Part shown: positions 45,380-56,850 of the stretch, piece after piece
Layout: the number at the start of each line of letters is the position of its first letter
Position numbering within the stretch: position 1 is the stretch's first letter
Assembly (NCBI GenBank): GCA_907165135.1
Contig: OU015569.1
Coordinates: 12,152,001-12,216,000, forward strand
Origin: Oikopleura dioica
Taxonomy: Eukaryota; Animalia; Chordata
Direction of reading: 5' to 3'
Length of the DNA: 64,000 nt
Position numbers and translations under genes: made by a program
The notes under the pieces: generated by a model
What the model was told of the DNA's origin: nothing
The model's database searches: none
What the model saw: the letters and a program-made list of their open reading frames with translations, nothing else

Positions 45380-47785
45380 TTAGGTGTAGCAGATGAGAAT
45401 GGTCAGGTCGATTCCGTGGCTGATTTTCGAAGTTCCAATGAAGTTAAAGGCATAAGGATCGTCGCTAGAATTTCCGTCCAAAACCGAGGTGTCCTTTGGA
45501 AAGAGTTTCCATTCCTTCGATTTTGTTTTTCGAACCTTCTCGGCGTTGAAATCCCAAATTTTCATTCCACTGACTCCCTTTGAAAAGAAGAAATGGAGAT
45601 ACCAGCCAGCTGGTGGCGAGTTTTTAGGAAGCAGGACGTCTCGGTGGAACTTGAATTTGCCGGTGTTTGAGGGCCACTCGGACAGGTGGACCGAGCCAGA
45701 GACGGAATGGATGTTGTGTACGTGGTGGCAGCCTTCGAAGACCATGCTTGATGTTGTTGTGGTGGTCGTTGTGGTCGTGGTTGTCGTTGTAGTTGTCGTG
45801 GTGGTTGCCGTGGTTGTTGTTGTTGTCGCGGAAGTTGTTGATGTTGTTGTAGTACTTGTCGTTGTTGAAGTAGTAGTCGTAGTTGTTGTTGGTGATGTAG
45901 TTGTTATGGTTGTAGACGTGGTTGTAGTCTCCACCTCGATATCGAAAAACGGGTATCGGCAAGAATCATCTCTTGGAATGGTCAAATAGCTGACGATTCC
46001 TCCAATCGTTCCATCGCCATCCCAGTTTGCATCAAAAGAAATCGTCGTGCCGCTACTTTCCGGCACAGTAATTGCAATAACAAATTCGCCGACTTGAGTA
46101 AATTCGTAACTCGAAGAAAGTTGAACACTTGTGATGGGCTTGTCGAAAGCGACGAAGACTTCGACCGCGGTGGAGGGAACTTGGACGGCGAAGCCGTTTT
46201 CGATGATGGCAAAGCGCGAGTTGTCGTAGTTGATGATCGGACAGCCGGCGGAATCGACGCCAGAATCAGTTGTTGTCGTTGTTTGGGTACTCGTTGTTGT
46301 TGTTGTGGTTATTTTTGGTGGCGAAAAGATTTCACAATCTTCTGGAATCGATCTTTTGGCAAAAGACGCGACTGGAAAGACGACTTCTTCGCCCCAATTA
46401 ACGGTCAATTTCGTCCCTCCATCTTCGATATTTTTAAGATGGAGCACTCGATCACTCACGGAAACAAAATCCAAGTCCGTTGAGAATGTCAGTTCATTGA
46501 TTTCGTCGTCGAAAGTTAGAATTAGGTCGACGGCAGATGATGGGGCGGCAATAAAAACTCCATCAGGAAGCATTTTGACTTCTACATCGTTGTAAAATAA
46601 AACTGGGCATTCATCGATGGTGGTTACTGGCTCCGAAAATGTGGTCGTTGTCGTAGTCGTTGTAGAAGAGGTTGTTGTTGTGAGAACTTCTCGATCGAAA
46701 AACGGGTATTGGCAGTGACCAGGGCGAGTCGAGCTGATAAAACTAACAACTGCTCCGGTCGGTCCCCATTCTCCCCAAGTAGCATCAAATTCGAGTGTTG
46801 TGAAGCCATCTGTTTCAACGGAAAGGACGAAGTCGCCGATTAAAATGAAGGAGAAATCTGAAGAGAAAGCAACATCGCTAACAGGCTTGTCGAATGTGAT
46901 GAAGATTTCAACCGCATTAACTGGGACTTGGACGCTGAATGAGCCAGAATTTGCGTCGAGGGAAAATTGTGAGTCTCGGTATTGAATTGATGGGCAGCCG
47001 TTAGCGTCGACTCCCGGCTCAGTTGTTGTCGTTGTAGTTGTCGTCGTGGTTGATGTTGTCGTTGTTGTTGTCATAGCAGCAGTGGTAGTTGTAGTGGAAT
47101 AAGTTGTGAAAAATGGATAGTCGCAGGAATCTTCCCTCGCCCGTGTGAGATAGCTGACTACTGCCCCCATAGGCGAGTCCCAATCAGCTTGAAAGGTCAG
47201 CGGAGAACCGGAAAGACCACTAACGGCCAGAACGTAATCACCAACCAGCTCAAACGAGTCAGCATCGTCGGTAGAAAAGATCAATCCATCGATCGATTCG
47301 TCAAAAGTGATGAAAACTTCTTCGGCATTTTCGGGAAACTGCACTGCAAAGCCATCACTGTTGACACTGTACTGCCCGTTTTCGTAATGAACAGTCGGGC
47401 ATCCTTCTTCTTTTTCTTCGAAACAAGCGAGATCTGAGCCAGCAGCAGAGCTCGCTACGATTACTCCAGCGATGTTTGAGCCTTCTACTTCAAACATGAC
47501 CTGAGCTTGGTCCATTTCAAAAGGCTCGATGACCACCAAAGTTCCACTTCTATACTTGATGCTTCCTCCGAGAGCAGTGATCTCTGCGTGATCCATTTCT
47601 CGATCAAAGAACAAAAAAAGCTCTTTCGCTTTTCTCGGAACACTGACCATTCCCGTCCACTCATTGTTGCTCTCGTCGAGAATGGCAAAGGTTCCATCCG
47701 AATAGTCCAGGTCTTCTGGATAACAGGCGGTTTTCTGACCCGCTGCTAGGTAAATTAGTTGCAGCCAAATGAAGAATAGCCGCAT
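45380..47785 (-). CDS. Intronless 801-aa secreted protein with five Cys-bounded ~100-aa repeats, Thr-rich linkers and a C-terminal CBM-like domain
   Basis: Single ORF with a signal peptide; repeat motif CP...Y....F....FAVQVP..A.EVF..FD..;  poly-Thr spacers. Confidence 0.9.
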   Translation of the reverse strand: MRLFFIWLQLIYLAAGQKTACYPEDLDYSDGTFAILDESNNEWTGMVSVPRKAKELFLFFDREMDHAEITALGGSIKYRSGTLVVIEPFEMDQAQVMFEVEGSNIAGVIVASSAAGSDLACFEEKEEGCPTVHYENGQYSVNSDGFAVQFPENAEEVFITFDESIDGLIFSTDDADSFELVGDYVLAVSGLSGSPLTFQADWDSPMGAVVSYLTRAREDSCDYPFFTTYSTTTTTAAMTTTTTTSTTTTTTTTTTEPGVDANGCPSIQYRDSQFSLDANSGSFSVQVPVNAVEIFITFDKPVSDVAFSSDFSFILIGDFVLSVETDGFTTLEFDATWGEWGPTGAVVSFISSTRPGHCQYPFFDREVLTTTTSSTTTTTTTTFSEPVTTIDECPVLFYNDVEVKMLPDGVFIAAPSSAVDLILTFDDEINELTFSTDLDFVSVSDRVLHLKNIEDGGTKLTVNWGEEVVFPVASFAKRSIPEDCEIFSPPKITTTTTTSTQTTTTTDSGVDSAGCPIINYDNSRFAIIENGFAVQVPSTAVEVFVAFDKPITSVQLSSSYEFTQVGEFVIAITVPESSGTTISFDANWDGDGTIGGIVSYLTIPRDDSCRYPFFDIEVETTTTSTTITTTSPTTTTTTTSTTTSTTTTSTTSATTTTTTATTTTTTTTTTTTTTTTTTSSMVFEGCHHVHNIHSVSGSVHLSEWPSNTGKFKFHRDVLLPKNSPPAGWYLHFFFSKGVSGMKIWDFNAEKVRKTKSKEWKLFPKDTSVLDGNSSDDPYAFNFIGTSKISHGIDLTILICYT

Positions 47786-48173
47786 TTTTTCTCTTTTTTT
47801 TATTTGTTATGAGAGCGATCGGCGGCTTGACTAGAGAATTTATAGAGCTAAATCGATCGTAAAAAAGTGATTCAATAGCCAGGATGTACGCAAGTTGTCT
47901 TTATGGTGAACTTGGCGGCGATTTACTATTTGCGCACGGAGATTTTACTTGACGCAGATTATTAATGCCCCTTACCTGTGTAGAAAACCTGAGTCAGGTT
48001 CTGAAAGAGCGTAAAAAAAGAGATTTCAGTCTTTTTCTAACTACTGGTGAAGCCGCTTTGCGACTTCGTTTTTTAAAAAGCCGCTTTGCGGCTTCTATTT
48101 TACGTTATTCAGACCCTGACTCAGGCTTTTTACACAGGCTGCCGAGGACAAAGAAAGTAATTATTATTGTTTT

Positions 48174-49392
48174 TTATTGTTTCAAAGTCCAGAATTGCAA
48201 TTCGAAATTTTCCCAAAGCCAGGACAGTTGATTTACGTAGCCATCATATTCCGTGAATCGTCCGCAGCGCCAGCCCGCCCAGTTCCGGTCATTTTTGAAA
48301 ACGCTCATTCTCGTGTTGTCCCACTCGTGCTCCTCGCAAACGTCCACCTTGCCGACTTGGTACTTGCAGTCGTAGTAGTCGGCGCAGAACGGATAAATGT
48401 TCTCGATCGGCGAGAAGCCGAAGATTTTGTTTGGACCACAGTAGCTCAGCGAGTTCGTGTTGTAGTAGTAAAATCCGTTGTGTTCTTAAGAATCTTCAAT
48501 CAAGATATTTAAGACCCTGACTCAGGGCTTTCTGTAATACCCAGATTGACTGTACCTGTCGCCTTGGAAATCATAGAAGGACTGTTTTCAAACTCCTGTA
48601 GCTCGAGTAAAAATTTCTTGGCTCCAAAAATTCCAGCGTTGAACGAATCGGAGTTCCTTTCTTTACAACCAATGAACAGGTAATCCCCACCCATTTCCGG
48701 ATCCATATCTTCATCTGTTGGGCTGACTCCGAAGAGCTCTTGATAGTACGGCTCGTAGCCAAGATTTCTGACAAAATCGATTTGAAAAAGCTCTTTTGAA
48801 ATTTTTGTGAAAATGGCACAAAAAATCGAAATCGCTCCTTAATTTTTCCAGAGGAATATCTTGCTGGACCCCGGAAGGGAGCTTTTCCTCGCACCAGCCT
48901 CAAAGTACAGTTATTCTTACTGAAAGAGGCCTCTTGAGCTGGGCTCGGCAAAGTGCGTAGAAAACTTGAGTCAGGGTTTGAAAGGGCTAAAATGAAAAGC
49001 CGCAAAGGATTTATCCATTCCCGGCTTTTCATCAGAGATATTTCAGATCCTGACTCTGGTTTTTTACACAGGTTGCCAAGCCTAGCCCTTGAACTACTAG
49101 GTACCTTGACAGGGGCATCCAAACGGGCAGTTCTCTTCGCAAGGGCAGTTTTTTCCACAAGTTACTTCATTTCTTCTACATTGAGCCATGCATTCTTCAT
49201 TTTCGCAATCACTTTTTTCTCATTCAAAAATTTCGTTTTCATCAAAAAATCTTCAAAAAACCTGAAACGACTCCTGAGGCAATCAATTAACTCCAAAGCA
49301 CATTTTTCCAAGCACAATTTTCTATTTTCTTCCTCTGGACACTGAGCATTGCAAAAAGAAAAAGATGAAGCAAGTAGGAATAAACTCTTCAT
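48174..49392 (-). CDS. Secreted Cys-rich protein (CPC..NCP.GCPC motif) with a C-terminal globular domain
   Basis: MKSLFLLASSFSFCNAQC..C..C; NCPCEENCPFGCPC; final exon GFYYY...FGFSP...CAD..D...AGWRCG...FWTLKQ*. Confidence 0.7.
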
Positions 49393-49848
49393 CTTTCTTT
49401 TTTTGAAGAATTCGTAATTTTCGCAGAAGTTTTAAGAAGCATCCGGTTTTGATCCCATAGACTTCTTAAAATTCTTTGCTTGCATTTCTTTCTCAGAGAG
49501 AAACTGATTCATGGTTTACACAGGTTGCGCGGAGAACCTGAGTCAGGGTCGGAGAGATCTTCTGGGAGCCTGAGTAAAAAACCTGAGTCAGGCTTTGAAA
49601 GAGCTAAAATGAAAAGCCGCGTAGCGGCTTTTTTAAAAACTAGTTCAAAGAAATTTTAAACGGTTTACTTGTGATTCACAAGTTGTGAAGCCGCTTCGCG
49701 GCTTCTTTTTTAAAAAAGCCGCTACGCGGCTTTTCATTTTGGCTCTTCTAGAGCCTGACTCAGGTTTTCTACTCAGTTTGCCGAGCCAAGAAGATCTTTA
49801 TTGAAAAGCCGCTTAGCGGCTTTTTTCAAAAAGGGAGCCGCAAAGCCA

Positions 49849-50242
49849 CGAGTAGGCTTCACTTGGACAAGAGCTTCACTTGGACAGAGCTTCATTTGGA
49901 CAGAAGCTTCACTTGGACAAGATTTTTACGAATTTCAAAAACGACTATATATGAATAACGTAACTAATAAAATATTATTATGGCGAAATTTCATTAATAA
50001 TTAACACTATAAGATGTTTTTCTTTATCTAAAAAGTGAAAAATACCATTTTATCACCAATAAATTTATTTTATCAGATGTTTATGGAAGAAACTTGCAAA
50101 TTTTATAAAAAGCGTTACTTTCTTCCTAAGAATCGTACTTAAAATTCGTAAAGAGGACCTTTTAAAAATCTTGTCCAAGTGAAGCTTCTGTCCAAATGAA
50201 GCTCTGTCCAAGTGAAGCTCTTGTCCAAGTGAAGCCTACCCG
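49849..50242. mobile_element. MITE with four tandem ~18-bp subrepeats per TIR, nested in a MITE family 1 copy
   Basis: (gcttcacttggacaa)x4 and its inverse; 8-bp TSD caaagcca at 49841-49848 and 50243-50250. Confidence 0.85.
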
Positions 50243-51614
50243 CAAAGCCACTTTGCCAGAATTTATGAATTCATTGGAATTTCAAATTTGGAAAATAATT
50301 CTCATTTTTTTCTCCTTGAAGCGGATTAGCAGGTAAATCCGAGCATGGAAAAGTAGGATTGTTGTGTTCTTTACGCCGCGGCAGAGCGTCTTTTATGCTT
50401 GAAGCGGCTCAGCACAGTTTTAAAATATTCGAGCAGGATTGATCTTCAAGCACATGGGCACACAAAAGGATTTGAGGATGATGCCTCGTGGCGTCGGACT
50501 GGTGTCTGCCGCATCTGTTTAAGAGTGGCTATTCCCGGTTTCCGGATCCGGGCTGGAATCACAACCAGACACCGTCAACAACGCCGGGCGCCGACCTGCT
50601 GCCTCCTTCCGAGCCCCTATTAGCTCCTGGTATTCAAGAAATAAGGTTCATACTGTTTTAGATTTGTCTTTTTGAAATTATCATTTATTCATCCAGAAAT
50701 TCTAATACACCAGATCGTGGTTCGGCTACCTGTGTAGATAACCTGAGTCAGGGCCTGAAATAGCATAAATGAAAAGCCGCCGAGCGGCTTTTTCATAAAC
50801 TAAGCCGCGAAGCGGCTTCGCCAGAAATCAAAAAGAGATTGTGATGGTAATATTCGCGAAGCCGCTCCGCGGCTTTGTTTATAAAAAAGCCGCTAGGCGG
50901 CTTTTCCTTTAAGCTCTTTCAGGCTCTGACTCAGGTTATCTACAAGGGTTGCCGAACCCAACCCCAGATTTACGGATTTTGTATCTGGGCTCAGCAACCT
51001 GAGCAGCAATTCTGAGTCAGAGTATGAAAAATTTTATTTTGGACTCTGACTCAGACTCTTTCCACAGATCGCCGATAAATTATAAATTTGAAAGACAGCT
51101 GTTCTAAAAGAAGATTTAGATCGCAATGTTACTATTTTTCTGACGAAGTTCATTTCTTCAGGCACAGCGCCTTGGATCGCCTCGAGGCATTAGGGGTGTC
51201 TCGCGCGCCCTAAGTCGTCAGCCAGCCTGAGGAACCAAAAAGTAAATCCATCCAGAATCAGATCTAGAGCTCCTCGCACGCACTTCCCGACGCGCGAAGC
51301 TAGAATTAAAGAAAAAGAAAGAAACTTGCAAAAGCAAATCAGAAGAGAAAAAAACTGAGCGAAAGAAAAAAGAGAGAAAAAGGACAAAAGCATTTCCGAC
51401 GAAAAAAAAACAGTCTGTAAGTTTTCGAGTTTGGCGCCTTCTCGTCGACCTTGACGGGCTTCGGCTGGCGTCAGGTGGCTGGAGGAGCAGAAGTGCTTTT
51501 TCCCGAAAGTCTTGAGTTGAAATATTGTTGAGGGCGGCGGCGGCGGGTCAGATGCGCTTTCTTTCCAACCAAGAAAGAATCAAACTTTCTTGCTGAAAGT
51601 TGCCACGGACGCTT

Positions 51615-54600
51615 ATGAGAAACTCGACGCTGATCGCGAAAGCTCTCAATCTGCTCGTCGTTTTCTGCGTTTTCTCGAACTGCTTGGCGGTGTCGTCGGA
51701 AGACTCCCTTTCCATTCAGAGAACCAGCTCCTGCGAAGTAAGCACTTCCTTTTTCTAAAATCCAGATTTCTTTACGGGATTCCAAGGGACGCCGCTCAAA
51801 GAGATGTAGAAGAGTTCAGACGCCAGAGGACAAACTCACTTCTTCCACCGATGAAGCTCACATCGTTATAGGTAGGACAGAATTCAAACGTTGTGAAGAA
51901 AATCTGAGTCAGGGTCAGAAAGATCTCTAATGAAAAGCCGCGTAGCGGCTTTTTTGAAAAACGAAGCCGCAGAGCGGCTTCACAAATCAACTTTTTCAAT
52001 CAAATTTCAAATTCTGGCTCGTATTTTAAAATGCCGCTTTGCGGCTTTTCTTAAACGGTTTTTCTGGCCCTGACTCAGGTTTTCTTCACAGGTTGCCGAG
52101 CCGAGGGCTAGTGTTCTTGTTGATTTCAAAATTATAAAAATAGCAAGAAATAATTTTAAAAATTACTTTCTTACAAATTTTGTAATACAAAATCTTTAAA
52201 ATCGAAAATTCTATTTTGGCGAAAGTGAAAATAGCGAAAAGCGAAGAGTGTAGCCAGTGTTGGAAAACCCGCAACATTTCCCGCGGGCGCGGGCGGGCGC
52301 GGGGGCCGATTTCAAAATTTTCCGCGGGTGCGGGCGGGCGCGGGGGCAAATTCCAAAATTTCCTGCGGGTCCGGGCGGGCGCGGGGGCCAACTCAAAAAT
52401 TTCGTGCGGGTCCGGGCGGGCGCGGGCAGGGGCCCCGCAGATTTTCGCGCCCGCGGGCGCCCGGGGGGTGGAGGGCGCCCGTAACCCTCGCGTCCGCAAG
52501 CCCCGCGGGTTCAGAAATCAGCAAATAAAAAATAATTTTTGATAAAAACCATAATAGAGTTATAAACTAAGATAATTTGAATTTTTCAAACGATGGGTGT
52601 GGGTGGGGTTGGGGACAAAACTGAGATTGATCAACTTAGAGTTCCCAGCCATTGTCAAGCCCCTTAAATTCAAAATCATGGAACAGGGCTGAGACGGCCC
52701 GAAGGGCCGTCAAGCCCTTAAATTCAAAATCATGGAACAGGGCTGAGACGGCCCGAAGGGCCGTCAAGCCCCTTAAATTCAAAAATCATGGAACAGGGCT
52801 GAGACGGCCCGAAGGGCCGTCAAGCCCTTAAATTCAAAATCATGGAACAGGGCTGAGACGGCCCGAAGGGCCGTCAAGCCCTTAAATTCAAAAATCATGG
52901 AACAGGGCTGAGACGGCCCGAAGGGCCGTCAAGCCCTTAAATTCAAAAATCATGGAACAGGGCTGAGACGGCCCGAAGGGCCGTCAAGCCCTTAAATTCA
53001 AAAATCATGGAACAGGGCTGAGACGGCCCGAAGGGCCGTCAAGCCCTTAAATTCAAAATCATGGAACAGGGCTGAGACGGCCCGAAGGGCCGTCAAGCCC
53101 TTAAATTCAAAAATCATGGAACAGGGCTGAGACGGCCCGAAGGGCCGTCAAGCCCCTTAAATTAAAAATCATGGAACAGGGCTGAGACGGCCCGAAGGGC
53201 CGTCAAGCCCTTAAATTCAAAAATCATGGAACAGGGCTGAGACGGCCCGAAGGGCCGTCAAGCCCCTTAAATTCAAAATCATGGAACAGGGCTGAGACGG
53301 CCCGAAGGGCCGTCAAGCCCTTAAATTCAAAAATCATGGAACAGGGCTGAGACGGCCCGAAGGGCCGTCAAGCCCCTTAAATTCAAAAATCATGGAACAG
53401 GGCTGAGACGGCCCGAAGGGCCGTCAAGCCCCTTAAATTCAAAAATCATGGAACAGGGCTGAGACGGCCCGAAGGGCCGTCAAGCCCCTTAAATTCAAAA
53501 ATCATGGAACAGGGCTGAGACGGCCCGAAGGGCCGTCAAGCCCTTAAATTCAAAATCATGGAACAGGGCTGAGACGGCCCGAAGGGCCGTCAAGCCCCTT
53601 AAATTCAAAAATCATGGAACAGGGCTGAGACGGCCCGAAGGGCCGTCAAGCCCTTAAATTCAAAAATCATGGAACAGGGCTGAGACGGCCCGAAGGGCCG
53701 TCAAGCCCCTTAAATTCAAAAATCATGGAACAGGGCTGAGACGGCCCGAAGGGCCGTCAAGCCCCTTAAATTCAAAAATCATGGAACAGGGCTGAGACGG
53801 CCCGAAGGCGGAAAAAATCGCCATTTTCACGCTTAGTACTATTTATACCCATTTTTACGTGGGCAAAAATTTCGGGTTAAGATGTTTGTTAAGGGATAGT
53901 GTGATACATCAAAATGATTCTCAGAAAGCTGGGAATATATGGCACAAAAACTTTTTAACGCCCATTTTTCTCTTTTCTTCCATTTCTTCCATTTTGGTCA
54001 CTAGACTGGGATGGACACTAGGTTCATGTTCGAGTTTAGGTTTCGGGCTCTGTTTTGGTTTGGGTTAGGCTTTGGTTTCGGGCATTCTATTGATCAAACG
54101 ATGGCATTAAAATCCATGTGCCATACATGCCACAATTGTCGTCGGCGGGTGAAATTCCGGTTTGTCGTTGTAAGGTTAACATGCCATGAGACCTGTGATA
54201 AAGAGTTGAAAAAACAGGGGAATCCCTTGAATTCAAAAACCAAGGAGGGAGAAAAAGGGGGGAATCGGCCATTTGGCCGTCAAGCTCAATTTAAATTCAA
54301 GGCGAGGGAAGGGGGCCCCGGGCGGCTGAAAAAATTTGTACGGGCGCGGGCGGGCGCGGGGGCCAAATCAGAAATTTTTTGCGGTCGCGGGCGGGCGCGG
54401 GGGCCAGATCCGAAATTTTTTGCGGGTACGGGGGGCGCGGGCGCCCGCAACCCCCGCCCGCCGCCCCCGCGGGGTTCGCGGGCGGGTTTTTCCAACACTG
54501 AGTGTAGCTCTCACGTGAAGTTCGCTACCCGTTCGCACAGCATAAATCATTAATTCCTCTAAGACCGGCTGCTCGTGAAGAAAGAAAAATGCAAGGCGCA

Positions 54601-55484
54601 CTCTGTCAAGTTCGAAGTCTTCGCCGACGGCTGCAAATCGCGCACAATCACAAACAAGTACGTTTTTTTTGTTGAAATCAAGGAAGAAAATTTGAGTTTT
54701 CCTCGTTTTTTAGCTGATTTTTTGAGGTGAATTCTGATTTATTTACGTTTTCAGATATTGCTACGGGCAGTGCAACTCCTTCTTCATTCCGTCTTCTTCC
54801 GAGATCCAGCCGTTCGCCTCCTGCTCTTACTGTAAGCACGTAGTACTGTACCGAAGCGGGTCGTATGTGCACTACTAGCTAATCTTGAACTCTGGAAATC
54901 ATTTTCGCGCTGGGTTTCGGGGCGCGAAGGGCGCAGAACTCGCCCCGGGCTCGGGTGTTAATGCCCCGCGGCGCGCTCCTCTGAAGATAAAGGACTCTGC
55001 CGACATAGCTTCACGAGGTGGTAAATCTCGTCGAACACATCCCTCCCGCTCGGGGTGGCGCTTCAATAAAGCCAAAGTAGCGTAAATTACAGATTTTAAC
55101 GAGCTGTTAAGGCAAACCACATAAGACGACTTTTAAATATGTGACTCTCCACTGCAAAGACGATAATAGACGACGAAAGAAGATACGGAAAAAGGTAAAA
55201 AACGAACTTTATAAAGAAAAATTTTCAAAGAAGAATTATCATAGTGACACCCTTATTTTAATTAACAAAAAGAAAGAAGACCCTTTTTGGCCTACAGAGG
55301 AAAAAGTATTCCCCTAAAAACCTTTCTTAGATGAAAAATAAGGGAGTCACTATGTAAAATGAAAAATCAACACGCGATCCTGCTAGCTATCCCCTTAAAG
55401 ATCTTCTGAATTCAGGTCGAAATTGTACAGAAATGCAAATGCTTAGACGTTGATCTTACTTCAATCCTGCCGACACAGACTTGA
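51615..55484 (+). CDS. GREM: Gremlin/DAN-family cystine-knot BMP antagonist
   Basis: Signal peptide MRNSTLIAKALNLLVVFCVFS. Exons give CKAHSVKFEVFADGCKSRTITNKYCYGQCNSFFIP...SCSYCKP..VTLHC...VQKCKC, the DAN cystine-knot spacing. Confidence 0.85.
52255..54500. mobile_element. hAT non-autonomous element (2246 bp) in Gremlin intron 2
   Basis: CAGTGTTGGAAAA TIR; perfect 8-bp TSD agtgtagc; GC-rich subterminal repeats; no transposase. Confidence 0.92.
52657..53808. repeat. Tandem array of 21 units (54-56 bp) inside the hAT element
   Basis: Unit cccttaaattcaaaa(a)tcatggaacagggctgagacggcccgaagggccgtcaag; differences are almost only homopolymer length. Confidence 0.95.
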
Positions 55485-55821
55485 TCCTTTCCAAGTCCGA
55501 GAATATCAAAATGACGCTTTTCTTCACGAAACTGAACAGAACTTCTCAAATTAAAAAAAAATGTCTCTTTCATGTCTCATTTCGATATCATATCATATCC
55601 GTGTTCTGTGATTCCTAGAGTAGGAGGGCGTAGAATCCATCAAAGGGTTAGGGTTAGTCTGTTAGACCGATAGCGCCCGCCATCCATCCGAAACAACTTG
55701 TTTTCTTTTTTTTGTTAAAATTTCCTTTTACGGAAATATCTTAGTATCGCACCTGGAAAATATTTTTGGGCACCGGCTCCTTCTCTCATTTCTAATTTTT
55801 TTCAAAAAGAAGAGAGAGAGA

Positions 55822-56850
55822 ATGAGCAGCGACAATTCACTGGCACTAAATCTACAGGTACGGTTATTATTGTTAACAAAATCGACAAATAAGAGGTCTA
55901 TCTATAATAATTACTAGGGAGTGATTTGAAACCAAAAATAAGCTAAAATGGGTTTAAAATTTTTTCTTACTTGATGAATCATGGCGAAGCTGCGCTAGAA
56001 TTTAGACAAGGGTCTGTTCTTTCGATTAAAGAAGTTTTTAGCCGGAGTGCGATTATCGACTAGACGAGCTTTTACAAAAATCAGAGGACCTCAATGCAAA
56101 TTTGAATGATTTGCCTCGACTCAAGCGGAATTTCGGACAGGTTACTCTTTATCTCATAGATAATTTTAATGCTTATAAGACGCTCGACGCTGTAGAACGA
56201 CTTTACCAGAAAACTTACCAGAAAAACACCGTCGAGACTGCAGTCCAGACTGCCGTCAAGACCTCTGACTCTGCAACAAACACTGAGGCTTACGATGAAT
56301 CAGGAAAGGATAAACAAGTACTAAAGTTTATAGATAGTGAAATCAATCAAGCGTAATTCAAAATTTGGTAGAGCGCCTTGTCTTACACCTTCTCAACAAG
56401 ATCCATGCTTATAAGTTATAACCTTTGAAAAGATAACACCGTCTCTCCCGAAGAATCGAATTCAAAAAGAAATCGCTGCCTCTTCATCCTGTTCTTCCTC
56501 CTGTTCATCCTCCTGTTCTTCCCTGTTGTTCTGGCCTCAAATGAGAGTGGCAAGCAGCAGCGTTCTCTGGAGTGCGATAGCGTCAACATTGGCAAACAGC
56601 AGCGCCAACTACGCCAACTGCAGTTATTCGAAGCGCCAACGAGCCAACTCCCTGATGGCAATGGATTGACAGATCCTGGAATCGACTCTTCCCATGGCGA
56701 ATTCGGTAGAATAGCAATTATTCTTTTGAATTTTTGAAAATGTTTCTAGGACGAGATGGAGCAAGCGGAAGACATGGAGATTCAGACGCAGAGGGGGAGA
56801 AAGACATGCCCGGCCAACGCGGAATCGACTCTTGCCAAGGTGATTCTGTT
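55822..56850 (+). CDS. Putative small single-pass membrane protein
   Basis: Short exons with GT-AG ends; hydrophobic CLFILFFLLFILLFFPVVLA at ~56480-56540. Model tentative. Confidence 0.4.

Larger units (their letters stand above)
26805..51075. mobile_element. Dispersed MITE family 1 copies (e.g. 26805, 27898, 28690, 28870, 30815, 31665, 33398, 35217, 35835, 37315, 38705, 41080, 47975, 48938, 49515, 50718, 50985)
   Basis: Same TIR consensus. An 8-bp TSD is also visible at 37315-37433 (accttgtt / accttgtc). Listed as a dispersed family, not a contiguous element. Confidence 0.85.

Noticed and set aside
45489-46595. Poly-Val ORFs on the + strand (also 16064-16938)
   Set aside because: Antisense shadows of Thr-rich coding sequence.
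50452-50630. Selenoprotein (two in-frame TGA at 50473 and 50479 before a long open stretch)
   Set aside because: No recognisable selenoprotein family and no SECIS that I could verify; could be UTR or an unresolved exon.
51471-51785. Minus-strand neuropeptide-precursor-like ORF
   Set aside because: It overlaps the signal-peptide exon of the well-supported Gremlin gene on the opposite strand.
52657-53808. CRISPR array (palindromic ~55-bp repeats)
   Set aside because: Units are contiguous with no unique spacers, there are no cas genes, the context is eukaryotic, and the array lies inside a hAT element.
52086-54601. Arg/Ala/Gly/Pro-rich ORFs
   Set aside because: Stop-free frames caused by GC-rich hAT subterminal repeats; no transposase motifs.
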